Below, piece by piece: positions 34,939 through 47,508 of a stretch of 48,352 nucleotides of DNA. The position numbers were made by a program, and so were the translations under genes. Where the stretch lies: positions 1 through 48,352 of the forward strand of contig NW_005434419.1 in assembly GCF_000315625.1 (NCBI RefSeq), read 5' to 3'. Below the pieces are notes generated by a model. That model was given only the letters and a program-made list of their open reading frames with translations, ran no database searches and was not told the origin of the DNA. How positions within the stretch are numbered: the stretch's first letter is position 1; the number at the start of each line of letters is the position of its first letter. This DNA is from Guillardia theta CCMP2712 (Eukaryota > Protista > Cryptophyta).

Positions 34939-36299
34939 GTTGCGTGCTCCTATTCCTGCTACGGCATGTCAGAGGGCCGTGGCAGGAATAGGAGCAGAAG
35001 GAGCAGAAGGAGCAGGAGCACAGCCCTCTGACTCCTTCCTCTGCCTGCTTCATTGCCCTTGTGCTAGTTGCTCCTCCTCCTCCTCCTCCTCCTCCTCCTT
35101 CCTCCACCTACTCCAACCTCACCTCCTCCTCCTCGTCATCGTCTTCGGCATCGTCAAGTGTAAGGTCTACTTGCATTCACATGCCATTCTCCCGCACAAC
35201 CTACTTTTCCTGATCCATCTCGCCTGCTCGGCTACAACCTCCACCTTTCCCGCTGATCTTTCATCCTCCTTTCTCATTCTCCTTTCGTATCCTCATGCTC
35301 TCCCTTAAATGCGCTCGTCCCTATAAAAAGCAAACAAGGAGCAGAAATGCATGAGGGAGCAGAGAGCAGGATGAGCAGGAACAGGAAGAAGAGGAGAGAG
35401 AGGAGGGGAGGGAGAAGGGAGGGGAGGGGAGGAGTTGAGAGGAGAGGAGGGGAGAGGAGATGAAGNNNNNNNNNNNNNNNNNNNNNNNNNNNNNNNNNNN
35501 NNNNNNNNNNNNNNNNNNNNNNNNNNNNNNNNNNNNNNNNNNNNNNNNNNNNNNNNNNNNNNNNNNNNNNNNNNNNNNNNNNNNNNNNNNNNNNNNNNNN
35601 NNNNNNNNNNNNNNNNNNNNNNNNNNNNNNNNNNNNNNNNNNNNNNNNNNNNNNNNNNNNNNNNNNNNNNNNNNNNNNNNNNNNNNNNNNNNNNNNNNNN
35701 NNNNNNNNNNNNNNNNNNNNNNNNNNNNNNNNNNNNNNNNNNNNNNNNNNNNNNNNNNNNNNNNNNNNNNNNNNNNNNNNNNNNNNNNNNNNNNNNNNNN
35801 NNNNNNNNNNNNNNNNNNNNNNNNNNNNNNNNNNNNNNNNNNNNNNNNNNNNNNNNNNNNNNNNNNNNNNNNNNNNNNNNNNNNNNNNNNNNNNNNNNNN
35901 NNNNNNNNNNNNNNNNNNNNNNNNNNNNNNNNNNNNNNNNNNNNNNNNNNNNNNNNNNNNNNNNNNNNNNNNNNNNNNNNNNNNNNNNNNNNNNNNNNNN
36001 NNNNNGTACCGGTAGTTTTTCGCTTTGATTATAGTACATCGAGGGGGTAGGGTCCAAGGACAGGGTGAGAGGGAGGGAGGGAGGGAGGGAGGGGAGGGGA
36101 GGGGAGGGGAGGGGAGGGGATGGAGGAGGATGAGGATGAGGATTAGGATGAGGAGGATGTGGTGGTACTTAGTCACACTTTCTTCCTGAAATTGTCTTGA
36201 AGATTGTTGTTCTTCTCTATGAAACATTTCCCTCTTGTCCGTTCGTGTGAGTATTGGTACATTCATTCTTTTCACTTGTTCACACCCATCACCGTCTCA

Positions 36300-36534
36300 T
36301 CATTCAGATGTCTCGTATCGCTCCCGCCAGCTCTGCTAAGACGTCAGCATCCGTCGCCTCTGAGACGCCAGCGCACATTTACAGCCTCGACGACCCTTTG
36401 CCGAGCATCTCTAGAAGTGCAGAAGACCTGAGGATTATGAGGAGAGGAGAGAGTTTGGAGGTGTAGGTCAAGGAGAGACAAGAGTTGAGAGGGTCTTGAT
36501 ACGATGATGGTATGGTGGTAGAGCAAGAGGGATA

Positions 36535-36586
<52 letters not shown>

Positions 36587-39172
36587 TGTCCTGATTGCAC
36601 AGCACGAGTATTGGAGGTCTCAATGGATCGATGCCGATATGCAGCAGCAGCTTTGAAGGGGAGGTGGGATAGATGGCATGCTCGACTCATACCTTGAGCT
36701 CTCGAGCGCTGAAGAACCTGGGCAGCTTCTGCCTGTACCTCGTCGAGGAGACTTTTCTTGCCTCCACCTCACCTGCCTCCCACCTGCTTCAAGTCTCATC
36801 GCACCCCTCCTCCTCTCCTCTGATCGCACCCCTCCTCCTCTCCTCTGATCGAACCCCTCGTCCTCTCCTCTCATCCCTCGTCCTCTCCTCTCATCGCACC
36901 CCTCGTCCTCTCCTCTCATCGCACCTCTCGTGCTCGCAGGAGCTCTTCGGGTAGAACCAGATCTTGTCCACAGGGTTCTTGTCCTTGGCCCCGTAGTGCA
37001 CATGCCACTTTACGATCTGGCAGCATATCAGCCAATGACTGAGGGCGGGAAAGGACGCGCGTACACGAAGATCGGACGAGGAAAAGTCGTCCGGCTTGCC
37101 CTCCATGTGAGGACGAGGAGGAGGAGGAGTAGACCGCTTGTTCCGAGCTGCTGGGCACCTCTCGAGGTATGCGATCTGTGGGGTTGGGGTGAGGATGGAG
37201 TGGGTAGAAGACAGCAGAGAGGAAGAGGAGGGGAAGGAGGAGAGAGGAGAAGGGGAGTGAGGAGAGGACAGGAGAGGAGCGGTAGAGAGGCGAAAAGCAG
37301 CAGCTGCTTCCATCGCACCTGAGAGCACATGACCTCTTCGTCGCTCTTCGCGTCTCCTCCAACCTGCGAGAGAGGATTCTCCTAGTATTGAGCAGAGTGA
37401 GAGAGGTAGGAGGTTGGGAGGGAAGGGAGGGAAGTGGCGAGAAAAATGGTGGTNNNNNNNNNNNNNNNNNNNNNNNNNNNNNNNNNNNNNNNNNNNNNNN
37501 NNNNNNNNNNNNNNNNNNNNNNNNNNNNNNNNNNNNNNNNNNNNNNNNNNNNNNNNNNNNNNNNNNNNNNNNNNNNNNNNNNNNNNNNNNNNNNNNNNNN
37601 NNNNNNNNNNNNNNNNNNNNNNNNNNNNNNNNNNNNNNNNNNNNNNNNNNNNNNNNNNNNNNNNNNNNNNNNNNNNNNNNNNNNNNNNNNNNNNNNNNNN
37701 NNNNNNNNNNNNNNNNNNNNNNNNNNNNNNNNNNNNNNNNNNNNNNNNNNNNNNNNNNNNNNNNNNNNNNNNNNNNNNNNNNNNNNNNNNNNNNNNNNNN
37801 NNNNNNNNNNNNNNNNNNNNNNNNNNNNNNNNNNNNNNNNNNNNNNNNNNNNNNNNNNNNNNNNNNNNNNNNNNNNNNNNNNNNNNNNNNNNNNNNNNNN
37901 NNNNNNNNNNNNNNNNNNNNNNNNNNNNNNNNNNNNNNNNNNNNNNNNNNNNNNNNNNNNNNNNNNNNNNNNNNNNNNNNNNNNNNNNNNTCCCGTCCTC
38001 AATGCAGATCGACCCCGCGTATCGATACTGGACCGCAACCCATCCATCAGCTGGGCTGTCAGGCAGGGAGCAAAGCACCAGGTCCCTCCTGCACACTCGA
38101 TCCAACAGCCTCCTTGCGCGCTGAACTCCTGGGAGATGGGGGGTCAGGGGTCAACACCGGCAGCAGGTCGTCCTCGTCCTCGTCCTCGTCTTCCTCCTCG
38201 TCCTCTTCCTCGTCCTCGTCTTCCTCCTCGTCCTCGTCTTCCTCCTCGTCCTCTTCCTCTTCCTCGTCTTCCTCCTAGTCCTAGTCCTCGTCCCTTCTGC
38301 TCCTGCTCCTGGTCCTCGTTCTCGTCCTCACCTGGACTTTGCTTCTGACTGTGCCTGATCAGATCAATCACGCCGTCGTCCATGAAAGTGAAGGCCTGGA
38401 GGAGGGAAGGGCTGAGAAGGAGGAGGAGCTGAAGGCGAGGGAGGGAGTTGTTGAGCTGGTATGTGACATCGGCGATCGGGCAAGTTGCCCAATGAAGGGA
38501 AGGGAAGGAGAGGAGCAGCAAGACCGAGGTTGTCTCAGCCATTCGAAAGCAGAAAGAGTTGTTGCCAGCACCACACGAGATCTCATTCGTTGTTGTCGCA
38601 GCATGACAACGATGACAAGGATTGACATGATGACAAGGATTGACATGATGACAAGGATTGACATGACCGTCGACACAACAAAGTTTGTCATCACAACTCA
38701 GCACATCAATATCTACCATTACAACTGTACACATGAACATTGGTCATCACAACCATCTGCCTCCTCCTCCTCCTCCTCCTCCTCCCTTCCTCCTCCTCCT
38801 CCTCCTCCAACATCATAACCTGAGGATCGAGCGCAGCCTCGCACATGGTGCAGTGGCGCAACAAGCATCCATCACCATCGAAGACAGCGATCTTGACATC
38901 GTCGTGCCCTGTCAAACTTGCGATGAGATGATGGCGAGGAGGTGAGAGGAGACCAGATATGAGGACGTCGAAGATCATCTCTTCAATCGCCAACACCTGG
39001 GAGGGATGAAGTCAACAGGATGAGTTTCTGCAGTCATGGGCAACTTACCCTACGGTTCTGGTAGACCTTGTCATGCATCAGACATCTCTCGCTGAAGATT
39101 TCCATCGCCTCACAGACCTTGAGGGTACCCGTGAATCATCGGAGTTGGAACTCACAATTCCTTTGAGGTTGT

Positions 39173-39257
<85 letters not shown>

Positions 39258-39966
39258 GTATGCGATCCTCGAATATGATAATGACGATGATGTAATGATT
39301 ATGATGGTGACAGCGATGATAATGATGGTGGGGAAGAGGTTGGGGAGCAGGAAGAGGAGACGTTTGAGAACGACGACGGTGGTGAAGATAAGTTGGCAGG
39401 AAGCGGGGGACATACCTGCTTCTCTGGAAAGCATATCGCTTTCCTGCTCGAGCTCTCTGCCGAGTGTATTCTGCATCGCTCGCTTCACAGCAGGGCAAGC
39501 AGGGAGGAGGAGATGAACTACTTGCAAACCCTGGCAGAGTCTGTGAACCTCTCGAACGTAACCTGGACAACACTTGTCAAGAATCTTCCTGTTTCCTCCT
39601 CCTCCTCCTCCTCCTCCTCCTCCTCCCCCACCTCCTCCCCCTTGCTCCCCCTGCTCCTCCGCCTCCCCCTTGACACTTCTCCCCCTGCTCCTCCGATTCA
39701 TCTCCTCCTGCTCCCCTCCTTTACTCCTCCGGCTTATTCTCTTACTCCTGCTCTCTTCCTCCCTCACCACTTTGCTCCCCAAGGTNNNNNNNNNNNNNNN
39801 NNNNNNNNNNNNNNNNNNNNNNNNNNNNNNNNNNNNNNNNNNNNNNNNNNNNNNNNNNNNNNNNNNNNNNNNNNNNNNNNNNNNNNNNNNNNNNNNNNNN
39901 NNNNNNNNNNNNNNNNNNNNNNNNNNNNNNNNNNNNNNNNNNNNNNNNNNNNNNNNNNNNNNNNNN

Positions 39967-40019
<53 letters not shown>

Positions 40020-40308
40020 GAGACCGTAGGAGGAGGAGGAGGAGAAGAAGAAGAGAGAGAGAGAGAGAGGAGGAGGAGGAGAAAGGAGGAAGGAGGAGGA
40101 GCATGAAGGAGAGGATACTGTTTGCTTCCAACAGGTGCCGGAACATCCGGACTGACTGCTCCTCGTGCTTCCAGGACCTGCACAAGCTCTCAGCAATGAT
40201 GACAACTTGGAAGCAGGCGGAAGTTGAGGACGAGGGAAGAAGAAGAGAAGGGAAAAGGCAGAAGGAGGAGTAGCAGCAGGAAAGGGAGCTGAAGGAGCAG
40301 AAAATAGT

Positions 40309-40351
<43 letters not shown>

Positions 40352-41340
40352 AGGAGCGCACCTTAGGTTTGCCAGGAGTTCTTGGTCTTCGATCTCAATC
40401 CTCCTGCGGCAGAGAAAGTAAGATCACCTCAACTGGTATCAGTGCCCTCTCCTTCTCCCTCCCTCCTCGACTTTCTCTCTACTTGAGGGAACAACTTTCG
40501 TTCACTGTCTTTCCTCCTCCTCGCCCCGACTCTACCTGCCGTCCATCAAAACATGTTCCTCTCCTTCTCTGCACCTTTCGCTCCTCCCGCTGCTCCTCCA
40601 CCCACACCTCCTTCCATACCCCTCACCTCAGAAAAGTTTCAAACTTGTGGGAGAAAGGGCCATGTCCGAGGTCGTGGCAGAGGCCAGCCAACTGCATGCA
40701 AGTGACTCTCGGGCATCCTATCACCTCGGAAGCAACCTGAACGCACAGGATGTCTCGGTCGTCGATGTTGAGCAAAGGCTGATCATCCCGAATCGCTCGC
40801 AAGATCTGCATCGTGTCAATCGAGTAGGACGACTCACGCCGTCTCCCCCCTCACACACATCAGCTTCCTCCTCTTTCATCTCCATCTCCCTCATCTCCAT
40901 GAATCCCTCCTTCTCCTACCCCCCTCCTTCCCCGTCCCCTTTCCCCCCCTCTCGTCCGCTCTCCCTTCCTATCCCCTCTGACCCTTTCCCTTCCGCCTCT
41001 TCTTCCCTCCTTTCCCCCTCTGTCCTCCTCCACATTCACCTGCCCTGCTTTGAAAGCGACGCCAATAGAGTGCTCGAACCTCGTGTGAGTAGCAGAGGGG
41101 AAAACAAACTCAGCAGCTCCGAGCTGTTTCAACTTTCGCAATCTCTGGAACTAGTAGCATGTAAGGCAGAACAACTGTGGAACAGCTCGGATGTACCTGG
41201 GGAGTGTCGATGACAGCCAGCAGGAGAGGAGGGAGGGTGATTTGACCGTGGATGCAGTCGTGGAAAGTTTTGGTCTTCCTCCTCTGTATCCTCTTTGTGT
41301 CTTGACTGACTTGGGACTGTGAAAACACTCCCCTGGCCCG
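36300..41340 (-). CDS. SAMHD1-like HD-domain dNTP triphosphohydrolase, multi-exon, interrupted by gaps; the N-terminus may extend to ATGs at 41658 or 42053
   Basis: [25 protein letters not shown]|[36 protein letters not shown]|...[18 protein letters not shown]|[15 protein letters not shown]|...[11 protein letters not shown]|MHDKVYQ|[12 protein letters not shown]|[12 protein letters not shown]|[17 protein letters not shown]|[11 protein letters not shown]|VFCTS...|[10 protein letters not shown] with the stop at 36300-36302. Confidence 0.9.
38610..38666. repeat. 18-bp tandem repeat x3 (atgacaaggattgacatg), intronic
   Basis: Visible directly within a SAMHD1-like intron. Confidence 0.85.
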
Positions 41341-42099
41341 CAGGTTAGCACAAGAAACAGAAAACTCCAACTCTCCCCCTACCTCAGCGAGCTGGATTGG
41401 GACGACAAGTCGTCGTGCGTTGACTGCAGCCGCTGCATCACGGTCACCGCAGAGCTCAATCAGCTCTTCCCCCACCCCGCACCTGAACTTTCCCGCTATC
41501 CTCTTGCGATCCCTCGGATACGAAAGGCAAGCTCCTCCTGCTCCTCAATCAGACCTGGGAGGACCTGGGAGGGTCTTACTTCTTGGAGTAATAGTCCCTG
41601 ATGCTGTGACTTGTGGACGTGGGTTGGTTTGACCTTTCCCTTTCATGGCCCCAGACATGTCGTCAGATCATTCGGAGCTAACTAAGCTACTTTGACGGGG
41701 CGCCTGCACGAGCAACCTGGAGGAACGCTTACAGGCATCAAACAGGATTCATCGCATTTGGGGGAAATTCATGTTGTAAGAGCATTTTATCGCCAACTTG
41801 TCCCTGCATCAACATCTGCTGAATACACCCGCTTGTCTTCACCTAGTGAAGATCATAGAAGTTCTTTAGTAAGTGTCCTAAAAGATAATTCCGATTCATC
41901 CCAGCTGAATGTCTTCCTGCCTGTGGTTTTCTGATAGTTTCCTTCCTCTTCTCTCTCCTCCTCCTCCCCCTCACGGTCCAGCAGCTTCCTCCTCTGCTCC
42001 TTGTTGCCTCGACCGCGCCCTTGCGCCATTGGGCCCCATCCAGGAACCATCATTCTAAAACTCTTTTTAGATTTTAAAAGTTCAAAATCGAGTGACTAG

Positions 42100-43090
42100 A
42101 GCCGGACCGGCTCCGGGCCCGGCCAGCCCGGCCCGGTATGCACCGGGCTCCCCCGGGCCCGGGCCATACCCGGGTGATCACGCCACTGACGATTCCCCCA
42201 GCGCTTGTCCCCTGATCTTTCTTGTCTCCTCTTAAGATATTCCCCACATGCCCCCTCCCCCTCCTTCAGAGCCGAAGCCTGATCTCCCCCTCCACCCCAC
42301 CCCTTGTTCTACTCTCGCATCCTCCTCATCTTCCCTTTACCCCGTACCCCCTGTCGCACAGTACACCCCACCTTACTACCCACACTTTCCTAGTTTAATC
42401 AATGGTAATAGCACCGGTCATGTACCCTACCCCCGTCCTACTCACCCTCGTGGAGCATTCCCCACGAGTGATTTAACCCCTGTCACCCTCAAGTTTTTAC
42501 CTCAACTTTCCCAACACCCTACCCTCAAGTTTTACTACCCCACCCATCTATTCTCCAGGCCCACAACGAGCACCCCTCCTATCTAAAGTTGCAGCCGAAG
42601 GACCCCACCCCACGCATGGCTGTTTGTGTTTTTCGGCTCCCTGGGGTTGAAAGGGTTTCAAATCAACTCGATGTGAAGCATTTTAGAGATCTTTTGTCGT
42701 ACCTATTTTTGTATTGAAAAAGATAGATTAATTATCTAATATGTATTTAAATTGAACCTTTTCTACTGCATCCATCAAGATTGTACCTATGTACACATCA
42801 TATAAATAGTTATAGTTCCATCTTTACTTCCTCTGGTATCAAAATTACATTATTTTTAACCTGATAAAAAGACGATTTTTAGAACCCCTTTGAGCTTTTA
42901 GCCAAAAACAGGGGGACGGATCATGTGACTTTGAGGGTAGGGTGATGTACCCCACCATACAATTATCCGCTCAATCACAGGGTAGTGAGGAGTATTTCAG
43001 AGATCGATATCTTGAGGGGGTAGTACTGGAATGAGGGACATGACCCCACCCTGCATTTGCGTGGGGGAACGTGGGGTCATAACGACGGGT
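42100..43090. repeat. Composite intergenic element: CCGG-palindrome patch, ACCC-rich arm, AT-rich core, GGGT-rich arm
   Basis: 42100-42185 is ccgg/cccggg-rich; 42250-42620 is taccc/caccc-rich; 42650-42900 is very AT-rich; 42930-43090 is gggta/ggggt-rich. It lies between divergent genes. Confidence 0.5.
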
Positions 43091-43341
43091 ACCGAGCAAG
43101 CATTTTTCAATGCCTCATGCTTCGAGGCAGTTTGGCGCTAGTATGCCGAGCCTCACGCTGCAGAGGAGCAGGAGGAGGAGGAGGACGAGTGAGGAACGAA
43201 GAGAAGACGAGAGAGCATCGGAAGCACTGGGAAGCAGAGAATAGACAGCGGCAGAGAGGACAAAAGAGAGAAAGGAGGGCATAGGAGCAGGGAGGAAAGG
43301 AGGGGAGGGATGGAGGACTGAAAGGCAAACAAAGGTAGAGC

Positions 43342-46300
43342 ATGCAGTCGGGTCGAGGAAGGGAACAAACCAACGACATAGTATGTAGCATCGAAATGGC
43401 GAGATGGGGTGGAAGAAGCACAGAGTGTGCGAGAAAAAGTTGAGGAGTTTCCATTCATTTATCCAGTACGAGAATGTCCTGGGCATTGAAATCACAGAAG
43501 ACAGCATCGAGAGGGTGAGGAATCCTTTTCTATTGTGAGAACAAGTGGGAACGATTCCGTGCTTCTCTTTGCCGAGGAGAAGGGATGTAAAGAAACCAGC
43601 GGTTGACTGGCGCAAAGCCGTGCTTGCAGTCGTATCATAATTGCTGTTTTGCCTTGTTGTTTGAGGATCAAGATTGGCAGTCTGACATGAGCTGTGTGAA
43701 CTCACGATCTCAAGCCAGCTCACTTGCTCGTTTCTTTAAGCTACAATCTCTCTGACTCTTGTCTTGGCAGTCGTGGATGTGGACAAGAATACTCGACGAC
43801 CCTGAGTTTTGCGTTTGCCGCTCTTGTTCGAGCTCGCACGAGTTGAACAACAATCTTTCCCCTGCATGTTCAGACTTGTGATGGAGTTGTGACCTGGACA
43901 GGGTTGACTCCGCTCTTGTGAAGTGCCTGAATATCAGGGTTCAGAGCTTTGTACAAATCTACTGCAGGGTTGGTTCTCAGGATGGAAGGCATGGAAGAGC
44001 GCAGGGAAACAACTTTCTGTGCCAGGAAATCGTCTCCTGAACTCCTTCCATCCCTACCTCCGGTGATTGTGCTAGATTGACTTCCTATCCAGGGTAACTA
44101 AAGGTACAGGTCGGCCCCAGCGCCGCTCCGAATGCAGCACATCAACCTCCGAGGATAGAGTCGGACAACACATACAACGACCCTAATGCAGCCCTGGCGA
44201 CCAAGAGTGTTCTCTTGTCTCTAGACGACATCAACGACGAGCGCGGGTTCGAAGGCAAGAAGCTGGGACGTCTCCCACCGCCAGGGCACGGTCGGCTGAT
44301 CAAGGAGTCCAGTCTGTCGCTCTCGCACAACTACCTCTACACGGTAGCAGAGAGCAACGAGAGTGATCAGGACGCGTCTGTCCACCTGCCCCCCGAGGTC
44401 TCTTGCGGTGATCCCGTCAGCGGCTTCCTGCCCTTCAATCAGTGCGAGGTCGCCATCTACGACGACGACAACCCTGTCGATGTCGACGGCGACTTCACTC
44501 CGACCATGGTGAGAGCTGTCATGAATCGCATGCCCAGCCTCTGACGCGTGTTGCCTTGCTCTACTCGGCAGACTGGGAATCTGTACCGTGGGACCTTTTG
44601 CGGGAAGGAGGTTCTTGTCAAGAGGCTGAAAAGCTCCGACGTAGGCGATCCGACCAAACCTGTGTATAAGGACCTGCTACTAGAGGCTAAGGTGAGGAGG
44701 CGGAGGGCAGACAGCAGACGTTCAAGTGGCTGGCAGGTCATGACGATGGTGGGGATGCACAAGAATGTTGCCTTTCTGCACGGGGTCCAGATGGGCGAGT
44801 TCCTGATGCCGAACCTCATCATCGACAAGCCTGGGGGGCCGAACTTGCAAGAGTTCTTTGGCATGTATGAGGTCGGACTGCCTTGAGCTCGTGGAGTGAC
44901 TGGATGTTTCGGAACAGTTGGCGGGAGAAGCACAAGGGTGGTTTGAAGAAGCCGACTATCTTTGCATGGAGCAAGGACTTGCTTCGGGGGCTCTCGTGAG
45001 GAGCAGCTCATCGACCTGATTGGAACTGAGGCCATTGCAGGTATCTCCATGAGAGGTCGCAGCCGATCTTGCACAGGGACATCCGTCCTGCGAACCTGCG
45101 GCTGAGTGAAGGTGAGAGGAGAAGAGCAGAGCAGCTGCTGAGACCGAGCTCGGACTGACGTAAACGCAGACTTGAGGACTGTCAAGATCTATGGCTTCGA
45201 GGCTGCGACGATGGTGAGCGCCCGATGGCGGTTTCATGGCGCTGAATCAGCTTCCTGCGTGCAGTATGACATCCAAGATGTATCTATCCCGCTCAACTCT
45301 CGAAGATGGCTCATGCATTGTTCTTCAAACCATGACATGTACGGCCCATTCCCTCTCCGAAGAGTTTGCGTCCTCCCCACTCCTGCTGTGCGACTCGCAG
45401 CTTCTTTTTCATCCTGCCCCTGCATCTCTCTCCCTGACATCGCTGAAATCGTGTCCAGGGCGCATGACGGGAACATGGAGGTGCCTCTGATCCATCGCCT
45501 GTACACGGGGGGTCAGGACGGTAGATACACGGCTCCTGAGGTTTCTCTCGGCAACGCCTTTGGGATGAAGGTAAATGCGAAATTCCCTCCACCGCCTCTT
45601 CTCCCTACTGTTCCTCCCTCTCCTGCCCCTTCTCCCTCCTCCTCCCTTTCTTCCAGTAACATCTTCCTCTTCCCTTTCATCTCTTCTTCGCTCCTCCCCA
45701 TCCTCATCTTCTACTCAGTCGCTTGCCCCTATTGCAATATTTTCCTTCTTATCCTCCCCCTCCCCTCCCCTCCCTTCCTCCTCTACCCCTATCCCCCTTT
45801 TCCAGTGCTTCTAACGCATCTCACTTTAACGGTGCCTGCCGGGCAACGTGGACGAGTCAACGTGAAGTTTGACGGCTGTTGTGCAGGCTGACGTGTACGG
45901 CTGTGCGCTGGTAATGTGGGAGATGTGCTCGGGAAAGCAGCCGTTTGGAATAGGAGACATGAAGAAGGTGCGAGGGAGAGAGGGAGAGGAGGGGAGGGGG
46001 GAGGGCAAGGCAGCAGAAGGGAGGAGGAGGACAGGAGCATGAGGAGAAGAGATTGAAATTCTGGGAACTCAATCTTTGTGCAGGTGCCTTCAAGCGTGAA
46101 GCGACAGATTCCCATGTCGAAAGTGAGGCTCGGCGAGAACTCGTGGTCCATCAATCCCAAGTGAGATTGGGAGGAAGGGAAGAGGCGGGGAGAGAGGAGG
46201 GAGCATGCGCAAGAGCAGGCAAGGAGGAGGGAGGAAGAGGGGAGGGAGGGAGCACGGAGGGAGGGAGAGAGAGGAAAGAGAAGGAGGGGGGAGGGTGAAG

Positions 46301-47450
46301 AGAGAAAAGAAGAAGAGAGCTTGTAGAAAGGAGGGAATGGAGCGAAGAGTTGGAACTTTCTCTCATTGTCTTCCTCAAGGGACATCGCGACCCTCAACCT
46401 TCGACCTGACGCGAAGCTCGTGAGCTGGAGGCAATTAAGGGAACTCATCCAGCAGGTTTATCCTCTTTGCTGACCTCCCCCCCCCTCCTTGCTGCCCTTC
46501 CTCCTCCTCCTCCTCCTCCTCCTCCTCCTCCTCCTCCTCCTCCTCCTCCTCCTGCTTCTCTTCCTTCCCCTCCCCCCCTTCTTCCTGCTCCTTGATGCAC
46601 TCCTCCTCCTCCTCCTCCTCCTCCTCCTCCTCCTCCTCCTCCTCCTCCTCTGCTCGTTCTTCACAACCAACTCATTTCTCACACTCCTTTGCTCCTACTC
46701 TGCTCTTCCTGCATTTCATCTGCCCTAAATATCCCCCCCTCCCTCGTTCTTCCCTCCCTCCTCCCTCCTCTTCTTCCCGTCCACCCCTTTCCTTCTCTTC
46801 TCTTCTTCCTCTTCTCCTCTTCGCTTCTTCCTCTTCTTCGCTTCTTCCTCTTCTCCTGCTCTTTGTCATCTGCGTCGTCCCGACTGCCTCACGTCCTCGA
46901 CTCCAGGCGTGGGATCCAAAGCCCAGCAAGAGACCTTCTGCCTTGAACATGCTGCAGCAGCTCGAGACACTGGTAGCTCCTCCTCCTCTTGCTCCTCCGT
47001 TCTCTCTAGGCTCTGCTGTCTTCCTTCCTTCTCTCCCTTCTCTGCCTCCTCTTCAACTCAGTTCGCTCCCCCTCACTTCTCTTCAGCATGGCTGCCCCAG
47101 TGAGAAGGCGGATCCTGCTCCTCGTCTGGACATAGAGTCCCGAGCCTTCTATGATGTGAGCCACAATCCTACTCCTCCCCTCCTTGCTTTGTCCTGCCCT
47201 CTCCTCCTCGTTCTTCCTCGTCCTGCTCTTCTCCCTCCGACTCTTCCACCCGTCGTCCCTCAATCCCTCGCCCTCTGGCTTCTTCCTTCGAATTCCCCGC
47301 CCGTTCGCCGTCCTCCTTTCTCATCCCCAATTCTTTCTTTCCTCTTTCTCCTCCTCCTCTTCCACCATCATCACCATCACCACCACCACCGCTCACTGCT
47401 ACTGCCATGATCAGGTGGCTGTTTCATGTTCGTCTTGCAAGCTCATGTAG
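43342..47450 (+). CDS. TKL-like protein kinase-fold protein, probable pseudokinase, with C-terminal CaaX box; multi-exon, start uncertain
   Basis: TGNLYRGTFCGKEVLVKRLK...LLLEAK|VMTMVGMHKNVAFLHG...|YLHERSQPILHRDIRPANLRLSE|DLRTVKIYGFEAATM|...GRYTAPEV|ADVYGCALVMWEMCSGKQPFG|AWDPKPSKRPSALNMLQQLETL|...|VAVSCSSCKLM*. Confidence 0.82.
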
Positions 47451-47508
47451 CTGGACCGGGAGGACGAGGAGGACGAGGAGCATGTTCTTGTTCGTGTTCT
47501 TGTTGATA

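Noticed and set aside
23267-41340. RelA/SpoT-like synthetase plus HD protein as a linked synthetase/hydrolase (toxin-antitoxin-like) pair
   Set aside because: The HD protein is SAMHD1-type rather than Mesh1/SpoT-type and is separated by two unrelated genes; no evidence of coupling without synteny data.
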